From contig DF237121.1 in NCBI GenBank assembly GCA_000708835.1, forward strand, positions 97,260-161,259: a stretch of DNA of 64,000 nucleotides, given 5' to 3'. The DNA is from Klebsormidium nitens (lineage: Eukaryota; Plantae; Klebsormidiophyceae). Under the pieces are notes generated by a model. It ran no database searches and was not told where the DNA came from. It was given only the letters and a program-made list of their open reading frames with translations. The position numbers and the translations under genes were made by a program. Below, one piece after another: positions 48,885 through 61,800 of the stretch. Positions within the stretch are counted from its first letter, which is position 1, and each line of letters begins with the position of its first letter.

Positions 48885-51800
48885 TTACGACTTTAACTGC
48901 TTTGCAAGCTTTGGGGGACTCATGGGGCTGAGAACGCGGGCGAGCTCGCCGCGGTAAGGGTTCTGCGAGTGCAAGAACGTGGCAATGCCAACAACCCTGC
49001 ACAGGTTCGAAGATTAGCATCAGTCTGCGCTTCTGGTTTAATCGTGAAACCCTTCTCTCTACAACTAGAGACGGGGCGATAGAAAGGGCCATCAGACGAG
49101 TAGTTACACAGTTCTTGGCTGACTAATCGATACCAAGAAGTAAGCGCCACCTACACGGTTTTGAAAGTCCAATTATCGTGGCACTGCTTAGGAAGAACGC
49201 CTTCAAACTCTGCAGCCCTCGCTTCGTGAGTAGGATCTCGAAAATGCCTTGCTGCACATCGCACCGAAAGACCCAAGGCGATCGCAGCGTAATCAGGCCC
49301 TAAGTGCCCGTTAGTTTCAGGCTCTAACCAGGCTTTTTTAAGGAACTCCGAATGCTGAGGAAGATTTCATCTTTCTATTCCGGTGCAATATACATATATC
49401 GTCTTATTGTTGGGCATTTGGACTCTTTGAACCGTAAGACGACGACCGCAACTTCAATTGGTGTAACCCTCCTGTACAATCTATGATGCATGTTTGCCGT
49501 CCACCCCAGACATCAAAAGCTTCTTGTCAAATCACTCAAAAGGGGGATTATAATAGACCCCAGAATGCGGTAAGAGTGCAACATCTTGAATCACAAGAGC
49601 AGTTTCGCATACTTCGCGATCATTTGCAAGATTCCAGTCATCTCGGAGCTACAAGAGAACGATACAGCAAAACAAGCAACGTTTCAAGTGACAAAGTCTT
49701 GTCAGCATTAGACCAGCAACATATCTCCCAACAAATGAGAGCTATGGATAGACACTCACGCTGACCCCAAGACAAACGGCACCGTCAGCTTGAACCCGAA
49801 GAGGGGAATCGACAGAAGAGTTGTCAGAAGCATTGCCACGGACGTCGAGTAGACCTTGACGATGTTGTCCGCAAATTTCATGACCAAAGACACGGCAATT
49901 CCGCTGCACGAGAGAAAATCAAGCGTCGATGAGCACGCGGACCGCGGAATAACGGAATGGTCACAGACGTCGTAAACAGTTTGACGATGTTGTCCGCAAC
50001 TTCATGACAAAAGAGACGGCTGGCCGCCCGACATGGAAAAATAGGCGTCGGTTAGCAAGCGGATAGCGCAAAAACGGGATGATAACAGAGGTTGAGTACT
50101 CCCTGACGATGTTGTTCGCAGACCTCATGACAAAAGGCACGGCTCCGCTGACACATGGAAGCAACAAGCGCCAGCTAGTGAGCGGACAGCTCAAACACGG
50201 AATGGCCAAGAACGTCGAAAACATCTTGGCAAAGTAATCTTTCGTGACAAGAGAAAGGGGGATTTCCGCTGCGCAGGCAAGGAGATGAATCAGCTAGCAG
50301 ACGGACCGCGGAAACAGCGGATAAAATTGAGGGGATCAGGAGTTGCAGAGTTCCGCTCCGGAGTCGACGTCGAAAGATCAGCGCTCCAGATGCTCCTTTT
50401 GTGCTCAAAACATCGGCGCCCCAGATGCTCCGTTTGTGCTGGGTGCCTTGCAGTTTACCAAAACAACTGACTCTACAATGTCGATGGTTTTCGACCCCAG
50501 GTTGAGCCTTGCAGACTCGAGTCTTATGAGAAGAATGGAGGCTAGCGCCGCGGTTTCAACGTCGCGAAGTTCTGCGATCGGCCTGCTAAGGCCTCGGTAG
50601 AGTCAAGGGCAAGTTTTAAGATTGTCGAGAGACGTGCGTCCAACTGAATTGAATGCTAACCATGGAACGTCCTTCTTATCAAGGAGCAAACCGAGCAAAC
50701 CGTGACGTCGTGGATTATAGGGTGGTATGCTTGAAACGCAGCGAATCTTCAACATGGAAACGTCCAGCACCGTCCAACCCTTGGTCAATATGCGCCTGTT
50801 TCGATGTGTCGGACGGAAAGCTGGCTCCTGGCTCCTTCCTTACCGGGACTATGAAGCTGAAACACTCTCCATTTAAAACATTGTTTCTCTTCATCCCCAA
50901 AAAAGTAGCTTCGCCAGTCAAAGGCAACACACTGAAGTTTGCCCTGCGTCCTGCTTCGCACTGTGCTCATCCAAACTCCTTCAGGCGAAAGCGAGGGGAC
51001 AAGCATTTTGAGGAAACACTCATTATGGTCAATCCAAACATGAAAGGAAAGTGACTCACCTCAGCGCGTGATGCATCATATATATATGTACGATCATGAC
51101 GACCGTGAATCCCGTGTAAACGTGGAGGAAGACCTTCTTCCGGAAGTTTTCCGCATCAGGTAGCCATAGGATCCCTTCTAACAAGATGCCGAATGCGTAC
51201 AGCTGAAACATAACGTTGGAGTCTGAAAGAACCAACTCACCTCAGTGCATGGTTCACAATCATAACGACCGTGAACCCCGTGTACCCGTGGAAGAAGCCC
51301 TTCTTCCGGACGTTCTCCGCGTCGTACGCAGCCACTAGGATCCCGTTGAACAGGATCCCAAACGCGTACAGGTAAAAGTTTTGCACGTGGATGCTCCGCT
51401 GTATCCGCCGCTTGATGATCAGTTCGGTGTAGACCCCCGCGGCGCCGCTCAGGATGGCCATCAGAACCGCCATAAGCAGGCCTGGAAACGAGACGCGTAT
51501 GTCAGACTCCAATTTCTTGCTGACGTCACCCTGACATGTGGCAGGTACCCAATCTCCACCGGCAGCCCGGCTTTCTGAGCAGGCCATGTGGCAGACGGAA
51601 AACTTCCCTTTTCTGGACATTGCGTTTGTTTTCCCCTTTATTCCCAGTATGTTTCTGCTTTTTCTTCGTCGTCTCTGTTGCTCAACTTGGCCTTTCCGAT
51701 TCGTGATTCTCCCGATGCGGGCTTTGAGGTGAGGCAAATTTCGTAAGAGAATCGAAATCACTTTCCTCGTAACGGATTGTGACGGGGAGCTGCAACAGGC

Positions 51801-54800
51801 TTCACCAGTTGTAGCAGTTTGGCCGCCCGCTTTCCGGTGGGAAACGAATCTCTGCGGAGCTTGTGATCTCCTCAGCATGGACTTCTTTCCACTTGGGGAC
51901 GCACTGACGGCGCAGAGGAAACATTCGCACGCGGTGCTTAACTATGGCCACCAGCAGGTCTGGAACGAACACACGTGCTTTCCGGTCTGCGTCAACCGGA
52001 ATGTATGCTCTTCTCAGTATTTTGATTGAACCGGCACCGAAAAAGTCTTGGAAGCACTAGCTTCGGAAGCCGGTACGTTCCACGAGTACTACCACGTTGA
52101 CTGGATTGTTTCTGAAGGGCTTTGCTTACTGCAGAAAGTCCCACAGTCACGAAAGGTGGCTGAACCCGCTGCCTTTCTGACGAGGACTACATGCGAAAGG
52201 GACCATCCAGTTGAAATGTAGGAAGTATGACAAAGGCGTGCTTTCACCAAGCTCACCCGGCAACGATGTTTCGAAGACGCTTTCTGCGCCGCTGGTCAGC
52301 TGTGCCGTCGTGCAGCCCAGCGCGAGCAGCAGAAGCGCGGACCATTGAACGCTAGATAACCTGCGGTTAAGAGAAGCATTTCCGGGTCTGGATCGGGAGC
52401 TTTCCAGTTCAACAATTTTGATTGACGACATCAGCAGCAGCGCGGACTATCGCACGCTAAACAACCTGCAAGTAAACCGGTACTTCTCCTTTGACTTGGG
52501 AGCTAAGTTACTTGAGACAGGCGCGGCGAGGACGAGACGTATGTGAATCAAACTTTCTTAATCATTTCTGCGACCGTCGAAGGTAGGTGACATTGCCACG
52601 CTTTATAAGCGAATCGAAAAAAGCTCACCGTTTTCGCAGGAAGATACTGAAGAGGATTCCCGTCGTAATGACGTTCAGGTTCTTCAGAACCTGGTAGCTG
52701 GGGGGATCCACATAGATGAAGATGTAGTACTGCACGCAGAACGTAGCTGTGTCAGGTAGACGTTATTGTTCTACTGCATGTTGTTCCCCTACGGCTTCAC
52801 TTTCGCGATCTGCATATGCATAGAACAGTGCGTGGAACGGAGAATGGCCTAGCCTTGTTCATTGGGTGGCTGTTCGTGTGCCAGTGAGCATGGATGATAT
52901 CGGACAAACGAACACGACACATGTGCTAGATAAAGGAGTTCGCTTGAGAGCTCAGTCTGGCTCCTGTGGCCCACACGATTGTACCGGACCAGTCGGTTTG
53001 GACATCTTGTTTTTGCCTTTCAGCCCGCTTTGCAATCTGTCTCGGTCAGTCGTTCTAACATCTGAGGACATTGGTTAAGTCACAACAGATGTGCCATTCA
53101 GACAACATAGGGAATCGTCCACTTGAGGTAAGCAATAGTGTTACCTCTAGCGCAATACAGCAGCATTTCCGAGGTCACTAGTATGGAGATCGCTCTTTGA
53201 ATCAATAAGAAAAGGTCTCCCATTGAATCCTCCTAAGCTTGACAAAGAAAAGCCCAGCCGTCGAAGCTTCCTACTTCAGATTTTTCTTTGTTTGAGGAAC
53301 TGTGCAAAAGACGTCACCTGAAGCATGTTTTTGACCAAGTACAGCAGCGCGGGTATCGGGTAAAGTAAAAGCTCGCCCCATGACGTCAGCAACCGATTGT
53401 CCTCTGTCACGCCCTCGACTTGCCACACCCGGGATAGAGTCACAACTGATATGCCGCACTTTGTCAACTCAACCTGCAGATCAGACATCATGCTGAGATG
53501 TGCGCTGATTGGCCCAAACAAACCTCGATGTTAAGCTTCAGTGGTGCTTCCTTTTGCTGAAGTTGTTGATTCTTTTCCTGGTGGTCTGCATATGGGGACT
53601 TAGAGGAGCCTTCTTCAAGTTGAGCTAGAAACGTCACTGGTTGGTATCAGCCATCAAAGGTCGGCTCGTGACCTGGTACTCCTCTTAGCACTGGGAGATC
53701 TGGCTGAGAGCAGGCTGAGAGGCTTGTCAGCTGTTCACATCGCATCAAGTTGAATTTCCTCAAGATCATCCTTAAGTTGCTAAGACCTTTCAACAAAGGT
53801 TGGACATTTCACTATTTATTCTATGCCGGTGGAAGCATGGCACTGGAAGAAAGCTCATTGCAAGACGGTTCCGTTTGTCAAAGCCTGCCATTCGGCATAA
53901 AACGAGCCTAGGCGTTGGAGCTCCTGTATAATCTCATCTTGACTGTATGCTCATCTGCCGATTAGGTTCGGTAGGGCCTCACGTTGAGGCCTGTCATGCC
54001 TGTCTCACAAAGTTCGTACAACGACCTAGGGATAGTCCTTGAAGGAAGGCCAAGTCACCCAGCTCTTCTGAAACAAAGTAGAAGGTCATAGTTCGTTCAA
54101 ATTACGGCAGAAAAAGCTCACCATCAAGTTTGCAGTGCTGACGCTGTAGTCATACTGCCCTGCCTTTTTGCTGAACGCGATGAAGATGCCTTGGGAGCTT
54201 GTGAGGACTGTGAGGGCAACAATCACCGCAGCTCTGCAATACAAGCCCCACCACTTCTGAGCCTTCAAATCTTCTACAGCCTATCGCAAGCAACCTCCTA
54301 GTTCTAGTGTCATCTATTGTGACGAACTTTATTGACAGTACTGGACCAACTCATCTTTGATTTTAGGAGGACTCTCCGAAGAGGTTGTGAATGAAAGCAT
54401 CAATGAAACATGAGCAGGAAGCCTCGCTGGCTGCAACCATCAGCTGAGCAAAGTCACTGCAGCGTGTAAGATACCAAGACGTGATAGGCTATATGGTAAG
54501 CAATCTGCTGAGTTGCTAACTTTCTATCAATGCTGTCCTGGCTGCATCAACTTGCTTTGGAGCTGAATCCTGTTTACCAGTAATAACCTGTGCACCACTA
54601 ATCTTCACCTGTCAATTAGTGGTAGATGACTTACCTCACACCCCACGTAATAAGGACAGGCCGCTCCTTCTTCTCAAGGCTAATGCCTTTTCCCAAACCA
54701 TTTGGCAGCCCCAAGTCCCCCTTGCCTGGGTCTCCTCTCTCCAGATCATTGTCAGGAGCAGGATGGACCTTCCTGTAATCCGGCCCACTGTCCTTCCAGC

Positions 54801-54819
54801 GGGGCAGCAGGTCCCTCAT
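48885..54819 (-). CDS. Golgi nucleotide-sugar transporter, SLC35A / plant CMP-sialic acid transporter-like
   Basis: Exons 54819-54635, 54233-54122, 53473-53318, 52729-52629, 52360-52257, 51481-51241, 49903-49760, 48996-48885, all phase-consistent. LTSSQGIF, YPIPALLYLVKNMLQYYIF, YQVLKNLNVITTG, SGAAGVYTE, SGIAVSLVMKFADNIVKVYSTSVAMLLT. The start codon is inferred. Confidence 0.93.
49915..52475 (-). repeat. Echoes of transporter exon edges, including a tandem array with a period of about 120 nt
   Basis: About four units of [intron end + exon 49903 start] at 49915-50400. A copy of about 150 nt of the exon 51241 end with intact GTGAGT at 51054-51205. An acceptor copy of exon 52360 at 52429-52475. 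Confidence 0.85.
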
Positions 54820-55852
54820 TGGAACCAGATGGGTTCTCACTTGTACCTCATTCAGTTGCCAAATCCCTCTTCTCCAGGTCAACGTCACTTGCAGACCTTC
54901 TTAATAAGCAGGGATGCTCAACCAAAGTTTCTGAGGAGCTTGTAAATCCGCCAAGATTCCACCATTCAGCTGCGTCAATCTTATGCAGCTGGCGTAAGCA
55001 GACTTTCCAAGTCAATTTAGCAGATGTAATTCAAACCAGCTGGCACTTTTCAGTTTCCGCGAGGGGGCTACAAGGAGTCTGCCTCGTTCAGAAGAGAGGG
55101 ACCAGCTAACCCCACTCTTGCCACCGGAACTCGGAAACCCGCACTAAATCTACACAACATCAGCACACAGCAAGTCGTTTTCTTGCATCTTGTAGCTCAC
55201 ATAATCCTCAAGAGCTAGACTGACGGATTGCGTGCACTCCCTACTGCTTCTGATCCTAAGTCTGCTCCTTGGTGCAAGAATGCTGAATTCAAGGCACATT
55301 GAAAGGCTCTGCTCTAGCCTCAGCATCGATCAGCAAGGGCTCAAGCGGCTGGAATATCTTGGAAAGGAGCAAACAATGGCAGCTATGTAGCTCCAGCTAG
55401 GCTGCTAAGAAATTAGGGTTCTGGTGAGATCCCCCGTTCCGTCGACAGTGGCTTTTCATGTTGATTGGTAACGCCACTGCCACTGGAACGCCGTACGTCC
55501 CATACACTCCTGGAAGCGTTACACGATGTACTTGGCAGAGCCATTCGACGCCTGACGTTCGAGACAGAGAGAACTGGTGAATACCTTGCATGAAAACCGA
55601 CTGGCTTTCTCAGATTTCAAGGTCATGGCTCGTCTTTCAGTTTCAATTGAGCGGCATCCACCCTGGTGAAAGGAAGACGTTCACAGAGCTTGAGAGCAGC
55701 TGCCGATAAGTCTTTGCAACAAGCTGAGCTGCGGGTCTCTTGAAGAGGCGGTGGAGAGGGATTGCGTGCACGCAGCTCATTGTGGGTGGCGAACTTGGAG
55801 GGCATTTGTTGACCAGTTTGTTGAGGAATCTTGAGAGGAGGGGCGGTAAAGC

Positions 55853-58800
55853 ATGGAGCAGGGCAGTTATTCGGAGCAATCCAGTCCAGGGTCCCAGGGA
55901 GACCGGCACATAGTTAAGGTACGCTCACAACCCCCACATTTGTGAATTCCATTGCAGTTTCTGGTCGGGATCAACATTCATATCAGGCAAGCTTTGAATT
56001 TGCATTTTGCTTCCACAATGAATGGCTCTATGGTGTGATAACCTCGTCATCATAAAGGCCCTGCATAGTGTTCCACTTTGCTCGGAGGTACTTTTAACGG
56101 CTTCTGTTCTGAGCTCCAGTGAAGCCTTTGATGAGCAATGTAAGGTGCTGCTGTAAGAACTTCAGTGATAGAAGGAGCTCCTGCATACTAATCTACTTTG
56201 TGACGAACTAATCTCAATGGCCTTTTTGATGAGCAATGATTATAATAGTAGGAAAGTCACTTGCTAATCTTATGTCACCAGCCGTGAGATCTGAGGTGCG
56301 GCCCGTCAGCAGAACTCAGAAAGCTGATGGCTTCAAGTTTGCTGAGACATGTCATACTCCTTGCATCATCGCTTTGGACGAATTTTTTTCCACCTTACAA
56401 TAGCTCCCCCCCCTGTTTGGAGTCCACAAAACAGCTCTAATCTGGAGATGTCCCGGAGCTGCACCCAAGACTGAGATAATTACAAGCTTATATCACAACT
56501 ACCATTATCTTGTGTGTTTCTCAAGGATAGCTTCCCCTGTCCTTCTGTCAATTGTTCAGAAGCAGCCCTTCATTTGGGGAAGTTTTGGAGCTGCCAGCCT
56601 CAGAATCATTTCTTCCCCCCCCATCCCTCACATTCAGAGGAGGCCCCGTAGAGCGGTACAAAGGGGCTGAGCAAATGAGAAGCCAGGCTAAAGTGTTCAT
56701 TGCAATCTGCCCCAATGACACTCCAGGTGCAAAACCAGCCGCACGATGAGGAGTTTGCTCTCAGCGAAGAGGAAAGTTCAGAAGATGGAGGCTCCGAGAT
56801 TGCTCCACAGCCCATGGCTCAGAGCAGGCAAAGTGAGTAGGCCCATCACTGATCTGAAGTCCATGCCTCATCAAGTTCATGTCAATCTTGTGTTTCTTTT
56901 TGAGTGTCTGGCTACACCCTTTCAACGTGCAACTTCTTCCACAAGAATGGGGACGTCAGGCGCTGTCTTTTGAGACCACTGCAGCTTGATGTTTGCCTTG
57001 CTTTTTCAACGAAAGTCAGGAAGCGTCAGCTTGGCTGACCCAAACTCCAGGCAGTAGCAGTAACCTGACTCTCAACATATTTACCAGCCTCATGACCATA
57101 ATTTGTGGTGTGGTATCAAATGAAGCCTAGCCACACCCAGATCTGGAATTTCAGGCTCCCCTGGTGCAAGTGATTGCACAGATATGTGCTTGTTTGTTTG
57201 CTTCAAAGTGGCTCTCGATGCTGCTCCAAAAGTGTGAGGTTGTGGACAGATACAAAGTCCACAACTGGAACTTGCATGGAGATGCTAAGGTAAGAAATGC
57301 GAGAACAAGTGAACAAAATGACAGCCTGCTGAGGCCAATGACCTGAAGCATCTTGAGTCAGCTAAGGAAGTATCTCTTATTGTAGCTCGCAGCTCCCTCC
57401 TGAGCGCAGGAAGGGACGCAGGAGAAAAAGCAGAACTTTATCTGAGGGGATGCTCAGACCTACAAGCCTGCTCAGGGTTCGATCCTCTTCCAGACACTCA
57501 ATGACAACAGAGAGCTGGCGGCAGAGACCTGTTCCTCTTCCTCATCCAAAACAGAGACGATATCCCACGCGACTGTTGGCAAGGTGCAGCTCTTTGCGAT
57601 AAAACCTGCCATTGGGTTCCGAGTGCTCTGACTTGGTTCCTGATCTTGGACCGTTCGATTGGCGACAAGGCAGGCATCCGACGGCCCAAGATCAGGGACC
57701 AGGCTGAGAGAATTTGCAACCCAATGGCAAATTGATGCAAACAGCTGTAAAGGACTGTAATGGGTGGGCGGCAAAGAGCAACTCCGAACTTTTATCTGAC
57801 TGCAGATAGCAGGGGCAGCATGCAGAGCAGGGGCAGCATGCAGAGCCCCCACTCTCAGGTGCACGAGAGGGACAGCTCCGACGGCGGCTACTCGCAAGCG
57901 CCGCCGCAGGGCCAGCGGTCCAGCAGTGCAGCTGGTTCCCAACGGCCAAGGTAAGGATACCAGGCGGACTGCAGATACTCGAATCTTGAGATATTCGAGT
58001 TGCAGCACTAAGGTCCGGTTTGAACATAAGGACTGCAGTGGGAAGCATCGAGCCTGGGGGTAGCGAACTGTGATCGGACGAGCTGCCATATTCGTTGTTA
58101 ACCAATCACGGCCAACATAATTTAGAAGGTAACGTCTGAAGCGTTCGTTTTTTAGATCTCTGAGTGGCAGCGCTGTGATCCTTGATTCTGCTGTCCGCTG
58201 ATACATGAGCAAACCTTCTGTCCAGCATAGATAGTTATACCGCTAACGGTGGCCTAGAGAGAGGCCGGTACTACAGGTGCACCGCTTCTGTTACTTCGTC
58301 TTTCTGGCTGTTGAGAGTGTCAACTACTTGTAGTTGCACTGCTTGAATTGATTCGTTGCTCAATATTGAACGCGTTAACTTCCCCTCCGCTTTCGTTTAT
58401 CATACCCTCCAAACTGGCACTAATCTGGGCATGCACGGAGCTTATCATTGTGTGAAGGCAGACGAAGTACAGAACGGCTTCATTCGATTCGACGCTTTCA
58501 CGGAGCAATCAAATGCAGATCGATCATGTCGCACTTGCATTTTGTAAAACAGAGCTGGAACTCTGCGTAGGAAAGATTGACATCATATTCTTTTCCAGCA
58601 ATGGGAGGGTCTTCCGGGGTTGCTTACCGGGAAACCAGTCCAGGAACGAAGTCTCGCAATGTTAAGGACCTTCGATTGCGCCAATACCAACCTGAAGCCG
58701 CCCCTTCCACCCCCAGCAATGGAAGGCCATCCGGCTCCGCCTATCGAGCCCCCAGTTCCGGAACGGAACCGAGCGAAGATCGACACGAACCGGACACGGC

Positions 58801-61800
58801 GGAACAGTCCGAAGAGTCCGAAGAGTCCGAATCAGAGGACGAGGAGTCCAGCCCAGTGGGACCCCCCGGAGCCGCCCGGTTGTATAACCAGGCAGAGTAC
58901 GAGCATCTGCAGGTATGCCACGGGTCTTTTCCCGTCACTTCATGGGGGCCCAGAAGCTGTGCTTTGAGTTTCACCGCCCTTGCTTTTTGCGGATGGTTGA
59001 CAATTGTGGGTAAAAGGGACCAGAATCCGTTTGAGGAGTGGACGGATGGTCACATGGTCCTTGATAGGTCAACTCTGAGAAGTGTCTACCTAGTCCACTG
59101 ATCAGCACGTTTCAGTACGGTCTTTCACGATGTCGAAGATTGAGAGAAACGATTGACGTACTATCTCGCACTGCTCGTGAGTTTGCTGCGTGCGAAGACC
59201 GGCGTTCTGCTCTAAACTCCACTCGAACCCACTAGATACTTCTCCTACTTAGTTGGAAACCTCGCGACAATTGTTTGGACATACATTGATCATCCCCAGG
59301 TACTTTTGTGAGAGTTAGCATCTGTCCGAGTTGTGAAAAGGAACCGATCGAAAAGTAGCACGGTCAGTCATAACGGTTTCAGACTGGCTTGGCTTCCAGA
59401 CGCTCTCCTGGCCGGCCCTTTTTGCGGGCAGCTGGATGCTCGCAGCCTCGCTCGACGGGGTCGGTGACTGCCGACGTTTGTGCTCTTTTCCGAAAACGCT
59501 TCGCTTGTGGGTTCCGCGCGGTAACCCACGAAATGAAACACGCCCAAAAACAACAAGAAGATCACAAGGAAAGAACGATCAAGATTGAGACGTCCACTGT
59601 TCTGAAGCTTGTCCGTCAAAGTGCGCGCGTGAAATTGGATGCTTTTGTGCGCGCGCTCACAGGTGACGGAGGAGATCCGGGACCTGTTCCAGTACATCGG
59701 GCGGTACAAACCGCACAACATCGAGCTGGAAACCAAGCTAAAGCCGTTCATTCCCGAATACATCCCGGCAGTGGGAGACATCGATGAATTCATCAAAGTA
59801 CCGCGGCCGGACGGGCATCCGGACTTCTTGGGTCTCAAGGTAATGGTTGTCAGAACGAAACTTCATTGTTCCTGTAATCTACGCCGTTTTATCATGTTTT
59901 GCCAACTCACTTCTTTCGCGCGCAAGCATAAGGAATCACGAGGCCCGCTGAGAAAAGTTTGAAAAGCGATCGTTCATCTGGGTCTCAAGGTAACGGCCAT
60001 CAAAGCATGAGTTCTTCAAGTCTCCACTACTGTGGCCGGAGACAGTCTTCTGCCTGCTTCCTTCCTTTTGCCGCAACAAGTGATCACGTGGCCTGCCGAG
60101 ACTGGTTTGAGGAGCGGGTCTCCAACTTACTGCATCTGTTCGCACCAGAAGTACACCCTAGGTTCTGACCCTTTGAAATCGTGAATCTTCACCTTCATTA
60201 TCAGGGTCGATGAAGTAAGACTCTAGAAATGACCCTTGTTTGGTTCCGGAAGAGGCGAACACTCACCAGAACATCCACGGTTGTCAAGTCGCAGCTTTTT
60301 GTAAGCTTTGTTTTAAACCTACCAAATTAACGTCCTAAACCCCAGAACCTCGTTTCGAATGCTGGACAAGCCGGCCGCGCAGCAGAGCGACCCGAGTGTC
60401 CTGAGTTCGCAGCTTTATTAATCGAAGAAGCTCACCGGATCTGTAAAGTCCGGGTCTTTTCTGCAACCCGACAACACCAAACCCACAGCATTGTATCATA
60501 AGAATCCGGGAGGTTAACGCTCAATCAACTCTGAAATCTTCGTTTCAAGTGCTGGACGAGCCGGCCGCGCAGCAAAGCGGTACCCCACGGTTCTGCGTCT
60601 ACACCTTTCTCGTGTTGAGAAGCTTACTCAATTTCTTAAGCGCCGGTGGAAGACACTTGGTAATAATCGCTTAGCCGCCAGAGTTTTGGGTTCACGCTGA
60701 ACGTCCTAAACCCCCAGATCCATGGATAAGCCAGCCTGAAGTCTGAATCTTAATGGCCCAGATTCCTAAAACCCTCAAAACCCCGCGTTTTAGGTGCTGG
60801 ACGAGCCGGCCGCGCAGCAGAGCGACCCGACGGTGCTGAACCTGCAGCTTTCTCGATGACATGATTTCGCCCCAAATTTCAGAAGCCCAAATTGAACAGG
60901 CCCTAACCTTCTAGAACCCAAAACCCTGGTTGCAGGTGCTGGACGAGCCGGCCGCGGAGCAGAGCGACCCGACAGTAGTGAATTCCTCGTATTAAGAAGC
61001 TTGTTCAAACCAGCGCTTAGAGGTGACCCTTCACTCTCAGAGAAACGGGTTGATTATTAATGTCCTCAATTCCACACCCCGCATTTCAGGTGCTAGACGA
61101 GCCGGCCGCACAGCAGAGCGATCCGACGGTGCTGAACCTGCAGCTGCGCGCGCTGTCCAAGCAGTCCAACCTGCAGCCTATGCCGGTCTCCAGCATCGAG
61201 GCCGCAGACAAGAACCCGAAAAAGATCACGGCTTGGATCCACAGCATCGACGATTTGCACAAGAGCAAGCCCCCGCCGCATGTCAACTACTCCAAGCCGA
61301 TGCCTGACATCGAGAAGCTGATGCAGGTAGGCTTTCCTGACGCTCTTGAAAGATTTGACTGGGTTTGAATCTCTGGTTTCTGAGTTTGTCATGCGTTTTC
61401 TCATCCTTAGTCTCTCAGAGGGGGTTTATGGGTTTCTAAGTTTCTGGGTTTCTGGATCTCTGGGTTTCTGAGTTTCTCGTTTCTGGTGTGAGTTTATTCT
61501 GTTGGTCTCCGACGGCGCTGTGGATCGGCGACCTACAGAAGCCCCCGCACACGTAAACGCCTCGAAGCGGATGCCCGACATCGAGAAGCTGATGCAAGTA
61601 GGCTTTCTGACGTGGGTGAATTTCGGGCATCCCCCATGGCCTCGTACTTCTTGAGATTTTTGGTTTCGGGGTTTAGGGCCCTGTGCATCAAAGCCATCGG
61701 CGACCCGCAAAGAGCAAGCCCCCGTTACACGTAGCCCAATCCTACCGATTTGAAAACCTCATCCGAAAGTTTGAGGCATATGCGGCAGTCATATGCCGCA

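Noticed and set aside
57472-58212. 246-aa minus-strand ORF ending SVWKR as the transporter N-terminus
   Set aside because: No compatible donor. The real upstream exon is 54819-54635 (WGVR|AAVI), and this ORF is antisense to IFT46 exon 3 and introns.
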